From a virus (lineage: Duplodnaviria > Caudoviricetes): a DNA stretch of 56,763 nucleotides. The number at the start of each line of letters is the position of its first letter. The first letter of the stretch is position 1. Of this stretch, positions 1 through 8,361 are shown one piece after another. The notes below the pieces were generated by a model. It saw nothing but the letters and a program-made list of their open reading frames with translations. It made no database searches and had not been told where the DNA came from. Where the stretch lies: positions 1 through 56,763 of IMG/VR virus record IMGVR_UViG_3300048672_000414. One strand, 5' to 3'. The translations under genes were made by a program, and so were the position numbers.

Positions 1-85
1 CGCCCCAGCACGCCCCAGCACGCCCCAGCACGCCCCAGCACGCCCCAGCACGCCCCAGCACGCCCCAGCACGCCCCAGCACGCCC
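1..85. repeat. Perfect 10-bp tandem repeat CGCCCCAGCA x8.5, truncated by the window edge
   Basis: Read directly: eight identical units at 1-80 plus CGCCC at 81-85. Confidence 0.97.
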
Positions 86-134
86 TATACCCCATAGGGT
101 ATAGCTTGAAAATACTTATACCCTGTGGGGTATA
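85..134. repeat. Pair of 18-bp inverted, individually quasi-palindromic repeats
   Basis: TATACCCCATAGGGTATA (86-103) and TATACCCTGTGGGGTATA (117-134) are reverse complements with one mismatch. Confidence 0.85.
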
Positions 135-139
135 CTGGG

Positions 140-192
140 TTATCCACAATATCCACATTTAAGTCTTATATAAGACCGAAATCTGTGGATAA
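140..192. promoter_or_regulatory. DnaA-box cluster around a 14-bp palindrome
   Basis: TTATCCACA 140-148 (perfect), ATATCCACA 149-157 (1 mismatch), palindrome GTCTTATATAAGAC 163-176, TGTGGATAA 184-192 (perfect, - strand). Confidence 0.8.
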
Positions 193-300
193 CTCTAATC
201 GCAGGCGGGATAACTTTTTTTGATGCCAAGGTATGCGCGCGAGCCAAAAGCGCCCAAAAGCCCGAAAAAGGCCCTTCCTAAGCCTTTTCACATAGTAAAA

Positions 301-334
301 TGGCACGATATTTGCCTTAGCAAATATCGTGCCA
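301..334. promoter_or_regulatory. 15-bp inverted repeat; each arm matches the sigma54 -24/-12 consensus
   Basis: TGGCACGATATTTGC-CTTA-GCAAATATCGTGCCA versus consensus TGGCACG-N4-TTGC. Confidence 0.6.
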
Positions 335-522
335 TACTGGGCCGGTTATCAGACTTATCATTTCGGGCCTAGGACCCGGCACCCCAACACGTAAATTATA
401 ATAATTATTTCATAACACCTCAGGTGCTCGTCCCGGTAAGCTGCTCAGCGTCCAAGATGCTTCAAAACTACTCCTATAGCTCAACGCTACCTAACCTGCC
501 CAACCGGCCCAAAATTTCCAAC

Positions 523-552
523 TTGACGCCCACCCCCCTCGTGGTGTATACT
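523..552 (+). promoter_or_regulatory. Sigma70-type promoter upstream of terS
   Basis: TTGACG-18 nt-TATACT, AAAATTT upstream, GGAG RBS downstream. Confidence 0.55.
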
Positions 553-571
553 AGTAAAAAATGGAGCATAT

Positions 572-1066
572 ATGAACCAACTTACCCCAACCCAAGCCCC
601 CGCTGAGGGTCTAGTAATATCGCCAGAGGCCCTAGACATAGCTAACTGCTACTTGGTAACCCAAGATGCCCGCAAGGTATCCGAGGAGCTAGATATCCCA
701 CTAGCCACAGTATCCCACACCCTAGCCCGACGTGAGGTCAAGGCTTATGTTAATCAAGTATTTTTCGACACCGGCTTTAACAATCGCCATAAAATGCGTG
801 CGGCAATGGACGCTGTTATTCAGCGTAAATTTCAAGATATGCACGAGTCTGATACTGGAAGCAGTAAGGATATTGCCGAGTTGCTGGCACTATCCCATAA
901 AATGTCCCTGGAGCTGCTAGACCGCGAAATTCAACTAGAAAAGCTGCGTGCGGAAGGTGTGGGTGGTGTGAAGTCACAGGTTAACGTACAAATTAATAAT
1001 GCGCTAGATGACGGCACAAAGTATGGCTCCCTTATCTCGAAGCTGCTTAGTGGAGACGTTGTTTAA
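572..1066 (+). CDS. terS: Terminase small subunit, T5-like
   Basis: 164 aa with N-terminal HTH (ISPEALDIANCYL), GGAG RBS, 1-nt overlap with terL. Confidence 0.8.
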   Translation: MNQLTPTQAPAEGLVISPEALDIANCYLVTQDARKVSEELDIPLATVSHTLARREVKAYVNQVFFDTGFNNRHKMRAAMDAVIQRKFQDMHESDTGSSKDIAELLALSHKMSLELLDREIQLEKLRAEGVGGVKSQVNVQINNALDDGTKYGSLISKLLSGDVV

Positions 1067-2352
1067 TGTTAACTATTAGCAGACCGGACATAGAACGTGA
1101 GGCTATTACTGAGTTTCCAGCCCACCAACGCTTTATTAAGTTACCTATTGCTAACTACTTAAAGCTCTTAGGTATTTGGGATACTATTAATGAGCCACAA
1201 ATTGCCTTAATCAATGCGGTTAATAGCCCCAAGTATCGTTTTGTATGCGCTGCACTCGCACGCCGACTTGGCAAAACTTATATTGCCAATGTTATTGCAC
1301 AACTAGTCACACTAATACCAGGTTCAAATGTACTTATTATCTCTCCAAATTATAACTTATCGAGTATTAGCTTTGAGCTTCAGCGACGCCTTATCAAGCA
1401 TTTTGACTTGGAAATTGCCCGCGACAATTTAAAGGATAAGATCATTGAGCTGTCGAACGGCTCGACTATTCGCATGGGCTCGTTATCTACTGTTGATAGT
1501 TGCGTTGGACGCAGTTATGATCTTATTATCTTTGACGAAGCTGCGCTTGGATCAGATGGCGAGGCCGCCTTTAACGTTGCGCTACGTCCTACCCTAGACA
1601 AGCCCGGAGCAAAGGCGATCTTTATCTCTACGCCTCGTGGTAAAGCTAACTGGTTTAGCCGCTTCTTTGATCGTGGCTTTAGTGCGGACTTTCCAGAGTG
1701 GTGCTCCATCACAGCTGACTGGACTGAGAACCCTCGCATGAGCGCCTCGGACGTGGACGAAGCCCGGAAGTCAATGTCGAAGGCTGAGTTCGAGCAAGAG
1801 TATATGGCCTCGTTTACTACGTTTGAGGGGCAAATCTATAATCTTAGCGAAGAACTAGTCTGTGACTATACTCCTCACGACGGCGACGAGTTCATTGCAG
1901 GTATAGACGTTGGCTATCGCGACCCTACCTCCTTTGTAGTTATCTGCTATAGCCAGCAGCACGATACTTATCATATTGTTGACGAGTATCTAAAGGCCGA
2001 GGCTACAACAGATAAGCACGCAGAGCAATTTCAAGAGCTGATTACCAAGTGGAATATTGATGCTATATTCATAGATAGCGCAGCGCCACAATTTGCTAGC
2101 GATTTAGCCTATCTTTATGATATTGCTACAATTAAAGCAAAAAAAGACGTCTTACCCGGTATTGCCTATGTGCAGAGTATTGTGGAGCAGGGCAGGCTAC
2201 GTGTATCACCACACTGTACTAATACACTAGAAATGTTTTCTCAGTACAGATGGGACACTAAAGATACCCTCACTAAGGAAAAACCTTTTCATGACCAATA
2301 TTCGCACATGGCAGATGCTATTCGGTACGCATTATACAGTTTGACTACTTAA
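1066..2352 (+). CDS. terL: Terminase large subunit
   Basis: Walker A-like ARRLGKT, Walker B IIFDEAA, FISTP motif, nuclease motifs GIDVGYRD and SHMADAIRY. Confidence 0.96.
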   Translation: MLTISRPDIEREAITEFPAHQRFIKLPIANYLKLLGIWDTINEPQIALINAVNSPKYRFVCAALARRLGKTYIANVIAQLVTLIPGSNVLIISPNYNLSSISFELQRRLIKHFDLEIARDNLKDKIIELSNGSTIRMGSLSTVDSCVGRSYDLIIFDEAALGSDGEAAFNVALRPTLDKPGAKAIFISTPRGKANWFSRFFDRGFSADFPEWCSITADWTENPRMSASDVDEARKSMSKAEFEQEYMASFTTFEGQIYNLSEELVCDYTPHDGDEFIAGIDVGYRDPTSFVVICYSQQHDTYHIVDEYLKAEATTDKHAEQFQELITKWNIDAIFIDSAAPQFASDLAYLYDIATIKAKKDVLPGIAYVQSIVEQGRLRVSPHCTNTLEMFSQYRWDTKDTLTKEKPFHDQYSHMADAIRYALYSLTT

Positions 2353-2880
2353 CTGCTGGAGTTTGCCCTGTTTGTAGTCAATGCCCAGGGTTAGCTCTAG
2401 GTCTTTGTTACTAACCAGTGAATCAATAATGCGCTGTTTAGTATTGCTGTCATAGGACTCTAACTGCTCAATAAATAGAGTCCAGCCGTAGCTGTTATAG
2501 TTACCTGGGTACACAATTTTAGGGTCGTGGAACCCAGGTGTGTACTCTGAGAAAACCTCTCCTGTAGATAGTGGTAGCAGATACCCTTGGGTACAGTAAT
2601 TTACCTGTATAAAATACGGTATACGTACTAGCTGAATACCTTCAATATCACAGTATTCAGCCAGTAAACGATCTCGTACTTGTGTCGCACTGCTAGTATA
2701 GTGCGTAGGTCCATCAAACTCAAAGTATAGTACTTGGCCTTCACACTTAACCTCGTAATCAATAATCATAGTCTTATCTAGTACTTTGATTCTACGCTGA
2801 CCCTTAATCGTAGCACCTAGATAAGTGTATTCCAGTACAGAACCAAGTACTTCTTCGCTTAGCTTAGTAATTATTAGCAT
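2332..2880 (-). CDS. Putative PD-(D/E)XK (Vsr/DUF559-like) endonuclease
   Basis: IDY...FEFDGPTHY...RD...C...GIQLVRIPY motif; own GGAG RBS; convergent with terL, 21-nt overlap. Confidence 0.6.
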   Translation of the reverse strand: MLIITKLSEEVLGSVLEYTYLGATIKGQRRIKVLDKTMIIDYEVKCEGQVLYFEFDGPTHYTSSATQVRDRLLAEYCDIEGIQLVRIPYFIQVNYCTQGYLLPLSTGEVFSEYTPGFHDPKIVYPGNYNSYGWTLFIEQLESYDSNTKQRIIDSLVSNKDLELTLGIDYKQGKLQQLSSQTV

Positions 2881-2964
2881 AACTGCTCCTTATAAATAAC
2901 TATTTTATCCTAATGTACCACGTTAGTCAAGTCTGGAATACTAGTACCAAATAAAATTTTTGTG

Positions 2965-2993
2965 TTGACTTTTCGTACCCCAAGTGCTATAAT
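2965..2993 (+). promoter_or_regulatory. Sigma70-type promoter for head genes
   Basis: TTGACT-17 nt-TATAAT with extended -10 TG and AAAATTTT upstream. Confidence 0.8.
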
Positions 2994-3031
2994 AAAGACA
3001 ATACACTCCACGTACCATTTATTTAAAGGTT

Positions 3032-3466
3032 ATGGCAAAAAATACAGGTAATAAGCGTATCGCCGTTAAATGGGTCCGAGATAAAGCTAAGGCTGCATAT
3101 GAAAAGCAAGGAACCTGCTATATATGTGGCACTACTCAAGACTTAGAACTTCACCATCTTCACTCAGTTACCCTACTGCTTGAAACCTGGGCCCTAAACC
3201 GTGGCTATGATATAAGTACTGATGAAGGCATTATTGCTGTTAGAGATGAATTCATTGCTGAGCACCATACTGAACTTTACGACTTAGTTTTTACTCTCTG
3301 TAATAAACATCACGTCAGTTTGCATAGCATATACGGTAAGACTCCACAACCGGGAAGCGAAGCAAAACAAGGGCGGTGGATTGAGGCTCAAAAAGCAAAG
3401 CACACCGGGAGTCCTCAGGAACCAAAAACGGGTGGCCATACTTCCTTTTTTAGTGCGTTTATATAA
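3032..3466 (+). CDS. HNH endonuclease, T5-like nicking endonuclease
   Basis: CYICG...LELHHLH...TLCNKHHVSLH; located between terL and portal as in T5. Confidence 0.85.
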   Translation: MAKNTGNKRIAVKWVRDKAKAAYEKQGTCYICGTTQDLELHHLHSVTLLLETWALNRGYDISTDEGIIAVRDEFIAEHHTELYDLVFTLCNKHHVSLHSIYGKTPQPGSEAKQGRWIEAQKAKHTGSPQEPKTGGHTSFFSAFI

Positions 3467-3474
3467 GGAATAAT

Positions 3475-4686
3475 ATGGCATGGTATAACCCAAAAGATTG
3501 GTTTGCAACTAGCGAAAAGCTAAACCCAGCGCAGCAGATGATCTCGCGCGAACAGGGTATGTTTATTAATACTGACTCGTACATTTCGTATAATCAGGCG
3601 TTTGATAAACTAGAGGCTGTTAATCGCGGAGTTAATATGATCGTGTCCGGCTGTACTAGCATGGATTATGACGTTAAAGACAAAAAGAATGATGGCGTAT
3701 CTAATGGTATGCGTCAAAAGTCTTTGGTTAACTTACTGAACTACGCCCCTAACCCTTACCAAAGTGCTCAAGAGTTTCGCACCAATATATTTACGGATTT
3801 CCTCTTAGAAGGTAATATCTTTATTTATTTTGATGGCGTACACCTATATCACTTACCAGCTTCTCGCGTACAAATTGAAACAGATCCCGTAACTTTTGTT
3901 GCAGCTTATCGTTACAATACAACTATTGTTTTCAAGCCAACAGAAGTTATCCATATCAAAGACCTTTCCAGTACTAGCATTTATCGCGGTACTAGTCGCC
4001 TTGCAAGTGCAGACAGGAACATGAAGATCCTGTATAAAATGCAGACTTTCCAAGAGCAGTTCTTTGAAAACGGAGCCGTTACCGGCTTAATCCTCACTAG
4101 TGATAATACTCTTTCGCAGAATGCTAAAGATCGTACTATTGCTAACTGGATGAGTAAATACTCTCCTAAAAACGGTGCACGCAAGCCGATGATTCTTGAT
4201 AGCGGCCTTAAGCCTTTTGCAGGCTTATCTGACTCCTTCAAGGAAATGGACTTTGATACTAGCATCAAGACTCATAATGCAAAGATTCTTATGAGTCTTG
4301 GAGTTCCTCCTATCCTACTAGATGGTGGTAATAATGCTAATATTGCTCCTAACCTACGCCTGTTCTACCTAGAAACAGTATTGCCTATTCTTAACAAGTT
4401 TGTAAGTGCCGTCGAGCGCTACTTTGGTTATGATGTAGAACCTATTACTTCTACGGTAAGTGCACTGCAACCAGATATGAAAGAAATCGCTAGCTACCAC
4501 GCAACGCTCGTGAATGGCGGCATTATTTCTCCAAACGAAGCTCGTCAAGAGCTACGATACGAACCTAAACCGGGGCATGATGACCTAAGAGTACCAGCCA
4601 ATATTGCTGGATCAGCCGTTAACCCCTCAATAGGTGGAGCGCCTAAGAAACCAGCCACAAAGCCGGCTGACCCAAGCGCCGCATAA
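3475..4686 (+). CDS. Portal protein (HK97/T5 type)
   Basis: 403 aa; PNPYQS, LLEGN, FFENGA, LGVPPILL, ISPNEARQEL motifs. Confidence 0.95.
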   Translation: MAWYNPKDWFATSEKLNPAQQMISREQGMFINTDSYISYNQAFDKLEAVNRGVNMIVSGCTSMDYDVKDKKNDGVSNGMRQKSLVNLLNYAPNPYQSAQEFRTNIFTDFLLEGNIFIYFDGVHLYHLPASRVQIETDPVTFVAAYRYNTTIVFKPTEVIHIKDLSSTSIYRGTSRLASADRNMKILYKMQTFQEQFFENGAVTGLILTSDNTLSQNAKDRTIANWMSKYSPKNGARKPMILDSGLKPFAGLSDSFKEMDFDTSIKTHNAKILMSLGVPPILLDGGNNANIAPNLRLFYLETVLPILNKFVSAVERYFGYDVEPITSTVSALQPDMKEIASYHATLVNGGIISPNEARQELRYEPKPGHDDLRVPANIAGSAVNPSIGGAPKKPATKPADPSAA

Positions 4687-4703
4687 TCCAAGTAAGGGAA
4701 AAC

Positions 4704-6662
4704 ATGGATAAAAATAAAGTACTACATTTAAATAGTGCTTTTACCGTGAATACGAAAGCCCTACCCTCAACCGGAGCAAGCGACATTGAGTCCTTGTTCA
4801 TCGAAGGCTACGCAAGTACCGTAGATATTGATCGCAGCGGAGACGTTGTGCCCAAGTCGGTCTGGGAAAAGGGTATTCAAAACTACCTTAAAAATCCAAT
4901 CATTCTAGCACAGCACGATTACGATGATCCAATCGGGCGAATGGTAGATTACCGAGTGGACGATAAGGGGCTATGGGTAAAAGCCCGTATTTCTTCAGCT
5001 GCTGAAGAAGTCTATGGTTTAATCAAAGATCAAGTTTTAACTGCATTTAGCATTGGCTTCCGTATCAAAGATGCTGAGTACAACAGTGCAGCAGAAGTAT
5101 TTATTATCAAAGAGCTAGAACTAGTGGAAATTTCCGTTGTTTCAGTTCCTTGTAATCAAAATACCTTATTCGATTTGTCTAAGGCGTTTAGTTCCGCCCA
5201 AGATTTTAAACAATTCAAAGAGCAATTTGCACCCAAAAGCGAGTCAGCTAAAGGGCTAGAGTCCACAGCGGCAGCAAATGGCACAACCACAAAGGAAATT
5301 CCTATGAACCAAGAAGAAATTCAAAAGATGCTTGCTGACGCTGCTAAGAGCGCTGCCGAAGAAGCTACCAAGGCTATGTTAGCTGCCCAAGCTGCTGAAA
5401 AAGCCAAGCAGGAGGCTGAAGCTAAGGCTCAAGCCGAGTTCGAAGCTAAGGTCAAGAGTGCAGTTGCCCAGCACGTTGAAGTTGGTCAAAGCGGTGCCGA
5501 AAAGCTACTTGCCGAAGTTACCAAGCGTTTTGAAGAGCAGGCCGAAGCTAGCAAGAGCGCTATCGCTGGTCTAGAAGCTACTCTCAAGGAAAAGGCTGAC
5601 GAAATCGCTAAGATTCAAGCTAGCAAGATGAATTTTAGCGACAAGGGTGGCGATGCCGGTAATTACGGTGACCGCGAAAAGGCCGTTCTGTTAGCCAAGA
5701 TCGCCGGTAAGAGCCTAGAAGGTACTCGTTTTGGTGCTGAGATGGTTCAAAAGTACGGTCAGCACTTGCCAAGCGCTACCTGGGAACTGGAAGTTTCTAC
5801 CAATATGGAAGCTGAAGTTCGTCGTCGTTTAGTCGTTGCTCCGCTAGTTCGCGCAGTTAACATGAAGACTAACGTGATGACCATGCCTGTTAACCCTGAA
5901 GCCGGTCTGGCCTCGTGGGTTGCTAACAGTGACTTTGGCGGTGCTAACAGCGCGGGCGGTACGTCGGCTACTACAGGTCAAACTCCTGGTAGTGGCAGCC
6001 CACATGCAATCAAGGAAATTACCCTGAATGCATATAAGGTAGCAACGAAGGAATATTTAAACTACGAAGAAGAAGAAGATTCGTTACTGGTTATTATGCC
6101 TATCGTGCGCGACGCTATGATCCGCCGCTTAGCCCGTAGTGTTGACCGCGCTTACCTGTTAGGTGCTGGCGATGCTACTACTCCAGTCAAGGGTATCAGC
6201 AAGTACGCCACCGCTAACGTTACTAGCGCCGTTGCTAACAGCGCCAGCATCGCTAACCTGCGTAACCTGCGTAAGAACCTGGGTGCTTGGGGTCTTGATC
6301 CTGCTGAAGTCGTTTATGTTGTTTCTACCGAAGTGTACTACGACCTGCTTGACGACAGCACCTTCCAGACTATGAACCAAGTCGGTCCTCAGGCTACCCT
6401 GTTGACTGGTCAAGTCGGCCAAATCGGTAACAGCCCAGTGCTCGTTTCCGCTGAGTTTGATAGCAAGGCTGCTGGTAAGACCGGTGCCATCGCTTTTGCT
6501 CCAGGTAACTTCCTGGCCGGTAATCAGCGTGGTCTGCGTTTCGATACCCAAGAGCTGGTTGAGACTCAGCGTCGTGTTCTAGTTGCCAGCCTGCGTTCTG
6601 GCCTGACACAAGTCACTACCAACCTTGGTAATGGCGTTAGCGCTTTCAACTGGACTGCTTAA
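4704..6662 (+). CDS. Prohead protease fused in frame to the major capsid precursor
   Basis: aa 1-190 HK97-type protease (IEGYAST..DRSGD, LAQHD, AFSIGF, LVEISVVSVPCN); then a coiled-coil scaffold and an HK97-fold capsid; no intervening stop. Confidence 0.92.
   Translation: MDKNKVLHLNSAFTVNTKALPSTGASDIESLFIEGYASTVDIDRSGDVVPKSVWEKGIQNYLKNPIILAQHDYDDPIGRMVDYRVDDKGLWVKARISSAAEEVYGLIKDQVLTAFSIGFRIKDAEYNSAAEVFIIKELELVEISVVSVPCNQNTLFDLSKAFSSAQDFKQFKEQFAPKSESAKGLESTAAANGTTTKEIPMNQEEIQKMLADAAKSAAEEATKAMLAAQAAEKAKQEAEAKAQAEFEAKVKSAVAQHVEVGQSGAEKLLAEVTKRFEEQAEASKSAIAGLEATLKEKADEIAKIQASKMNFSDKGGDAGNYGDREKAVLLAKIAGKSLEGTRFGAEMVQKYGQHLPSATWELEVSTNMEAEVRRRLVVAPLVRAVNMKTNVMTMPVNPEAGLASWVANSDFGGANSAGGTSATTGQTPGSGSPHAIKEITLNAYKVATKEYLNYEEEEDSLLVIMPIVRDAMIRRLARSVDRAYLLGAGDATTPVKGISKYATANVTSAVANSASIANLRNLRKNLGAWGLDPAEVVYVVSTEVYYDLLDDSTFQTMNQVGPQATLLTGQVGQIGNSPVLVSAEFDSKAAGKTGAIAFAPGNFLAGNQRGLRFDTQELVETQRRVLVASLRSGLTQVTTNLGNGVSAFNWTA
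5304..6662 (+). CDS. Major capsid precursor from an internal in-frame start (452 aa)
   Basis: AAAGGAAATTCCT-ATG at 5291-5306, codon 201 of the fused ORF; size similar to the T5 capsid precursor. Confidence 0.75.
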   Translation: MNQEEIQKMLADAAKSAAEEATKAMLAAQAAEKAKQEAEAKAQAEFEAKVKSAVAQHVEVGQSGAEKLLAEVTKRFEEQAEASKSAIAGLEATLKEKADEIAKIQASKMNFSDKGGDAGNYGDREKAVLLAKIAGKSLEGTRFGAEMVQKYGQHLPSATWELEVSTNMEAEVRRRLVVAPLVRAVNMKTNVMTMPVNPEAGLASWVANSDFGGANSAGGTSATTGQTPGSGSPHAIKEITLNAYKVATKEYLNYEEEEDSLLVIMPIVRDAMIRRLARSVDRAYLLGAGDATTPVKGISKYATANVTSAVANSASIANLRNLRKNLGAWGLDPAEVVYVVSTEVYYDLLDDSTFQTMNQVGPQATLLTGQVGQIGNSPVLVSAEFDSKAAGKTGAIAFAPGNFLAGNQRGLRFDTQELVETQRRVLVASLRSGLTQVTTNLGNGVSAFNWTA

Positions 6663-6669
6663 GTCTTAT

Positions 6670-6732
6670 GATAGGAGCGAAAGCTCCTATCTTATAAAAG
6701 CGTACCGTATATGGTACGCTTTTATAAGATAG
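6670..6732 (+). terminator. GAAA-loop hairpin after capsid, overlapped by a second 20-bp stem
   Basis: GATAGGAGC-GAAA-GCTCCTATC (6670-6691); 6687-6706 pairs with 6713-6732. Confidence 0.7.
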
Positions 6733-6743
6733 TGAGGTATATA

Positions 6744-7316
6744 ATGTCGGCAGATTTAATTACAATTAATGAGTATAAGGCCTATGCCGGTATTAATAGC
6801 ACAAACCAGGATACCGCAATAGCTACCTTAGTTACTAAAGCCAGTGAGTTAGTTAGACGTATCTGTAAGCGCACTTTTACTGACTGGGTAACTACCTCAA
6901 AAGTAGATACGTTTAGAAGTGGTACACATTTAATGCTACCAGAAACCCCGCTAATTGCAGTACAGGGTGTAGAGTTTAGTGAAGATTTTGGTAAAACTTA
7001 CGTAGACTTAGTAGAGTACGAGGATTACGTAGTTAATACCGACTTGAGTTCAGTAGAGTTAGTTGCAGGTAGTCTGCTTGATTATAATAAGGCCGGTGCT
7101 TTTAAAGTTACTTATACAGCTGGGTATACAGAAATACCTGAAGACTTAAAGCTAGCTATACTTGATTTAGTCACCTATTATTTGCGTAATGATGCTGCTA
7201 TTAAGTCGTCTAAGGCCGTAGGTGCAAATACTGTACAGATTGAGTATATTACTAATACAAATCTTCCAGCACATATTCGCAGAGTACTAGACTTGCATAC
7301 TGCATACTATGGCTAA
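6744..7316 (+). CDS. Head completion / head-tail connector protein
   Basis: LITINEYKAYAGI, VTYTAGY..IPEDLKLAILDLV, LPAHIRRVLD; start moved to the ATG after GAGGT. Confidence 0.85.
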   Translation: MSADLITINEYKAYAGINSTNQDTAIATLVTKASELVRRICKRTFTDWVTTSKVDTFRSGTHLMLPETPLIAVQGVEFSEDFGKTYVDLVEYEDYVVNTDLSSVELVAGSLLDYNKAGAFKVTYTAGYTEIPEDLKLAILDLVTYYLRNDAAIKSSKAVGANTVQIEYITNTNLPAHIRRVLDLHTAYYG

Positions 7317-8361
7317 ATTAGGTCAAATACTTATAGATAGGCTGAATGCTGTAGTGTCGCGGAGTTTGGAGTCGTTTTCTCGCAGGTTACATAATGTAAT
7401 ACACGTTATGGAGCTACCAGACCCCACTATTAAAACAAGTACTACTCTAGCAGAGGCTACGGCAAACTTAAGTGACCCTGACCCTAAACCAGTGCAGTTT
7501 GCACAAGAAGGATCAAAGGTATTTGTAGTAGCCCAAAACCGTAGTGATTTACTAGACTACTTAAATACTACCAGCACTGGCAATATTCGGGCAAAAGACG
7601 TAGTATACCCAACTACGTCCACCGAAAGTAAGTCACTAGTTGGTGAGCAGATAAAAACTTTATACAAGCAACTACCTGTTGGCATTGCTACTGCTGCCGT
7701 AAAACAAATTACAGGAAGCTTAGCTAGTTACAGCATCCAAGACACTAGTACAGCTAATTATGTACAAGTAAGCATACATGCCGAAGCCTCTAGAGCTCCC
7801 GTACTAGACAATCTGCGTAAAGATGTATTAAACTATGTAGGTAGTCGTGTGTTTACCGACACATTACTAGAATACACCGCCACAGAAGTAGGCAATAATG
7901 TGGTTGCTGCACTAACCAATAAGCAGCAAAAATCTAGCAGCAAGTCTAGCACAGGTAAGTCCAAGACGGCTAAGCAAACTACTAGCATAGAGAGGTCCAA
8001 GCCAAAGCAGTTACGAACCTTGCAAGGACGGTTTACTAGCCTTAGTACTTTACTAGGTATTATTAATAGAAACCTTCACGATACAATACATCAAAATATG
8101 GGTACTGGAGATCGTAAGGATATTCTTAATTATAGAACAGGGCGATTTGCACATAGTGCCGAGGTTACTAGGTTGACTCAAGGTCGCGAAGGTATGCTTA
8201 CCGCGTATTATACCTATATGAAGTACCCTTATCAAACCTTTGAGCCAGGGTTCGCGCAAGGTTCACCACGCACTCGCGACCCTAAACTGTTAATATCTAA
8301 GTCAATCCGAGAAATCGCTGGCCAGCAGGTCAGTAACCGAATGAGGGCAGTACTAGCATGA
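7309..8361 (+). CDS. Tail completion / neck protein
   Basis: Basic C-terminal LNYRTGRFAHSA...YQTFEPG...RDPKLLISKSIREIA; T5-like synteny. Confidence 0.7.
   Translation: MAKLGQILIDRLNAVVSRSLESFSRRLHNVIHVMELPDPTIKTSTTLAEATANLSDPDPKPVQFAQEGSKVFVVAQNRSDLLDYLNTTSTGNIRAKDVVYPTTSTESKSLVGEQIKTLYKQLPVGIATAAVKQITGSLASYSIQDTSTANYVQVSIHAEASRAPVLDNLRKDVLNYVGSRVFTDTLLEYTATEVGNNVVAALTNKQQKSSSKSSTGKSKTAKQTTSIERSKPKQLRTLQGRFTSLSTLLGIINRNLHDTIHQNMGTGDRKDILNYRTGRFAHSAEVTRLTQGREGMLTAYYTYMKYPYQTFEPGFAQGSPRTRDPKLLISKSIREIAGQQVSNRMRAVLA

Noticed and set aside
1-85. CRISPR array
   Set aside because: Contiguous 10-bp units with no spacers and no cas genes
106-136. Promoter TTGAAA...TATACT
   Set aside because: 19-nt spacer and no downstream gene; better explained by the palindromes
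335-520. tRNA or structured ncRNA in the left intergenic region
   Set aside because: No cloverleaf or T-loop motif and no convincing long stem by eye; a covariance search would be needed
424-606. 60-aa ORF upstream of terS
   Set aside because: No RBS, spans the terS promoter, low-complexity translation
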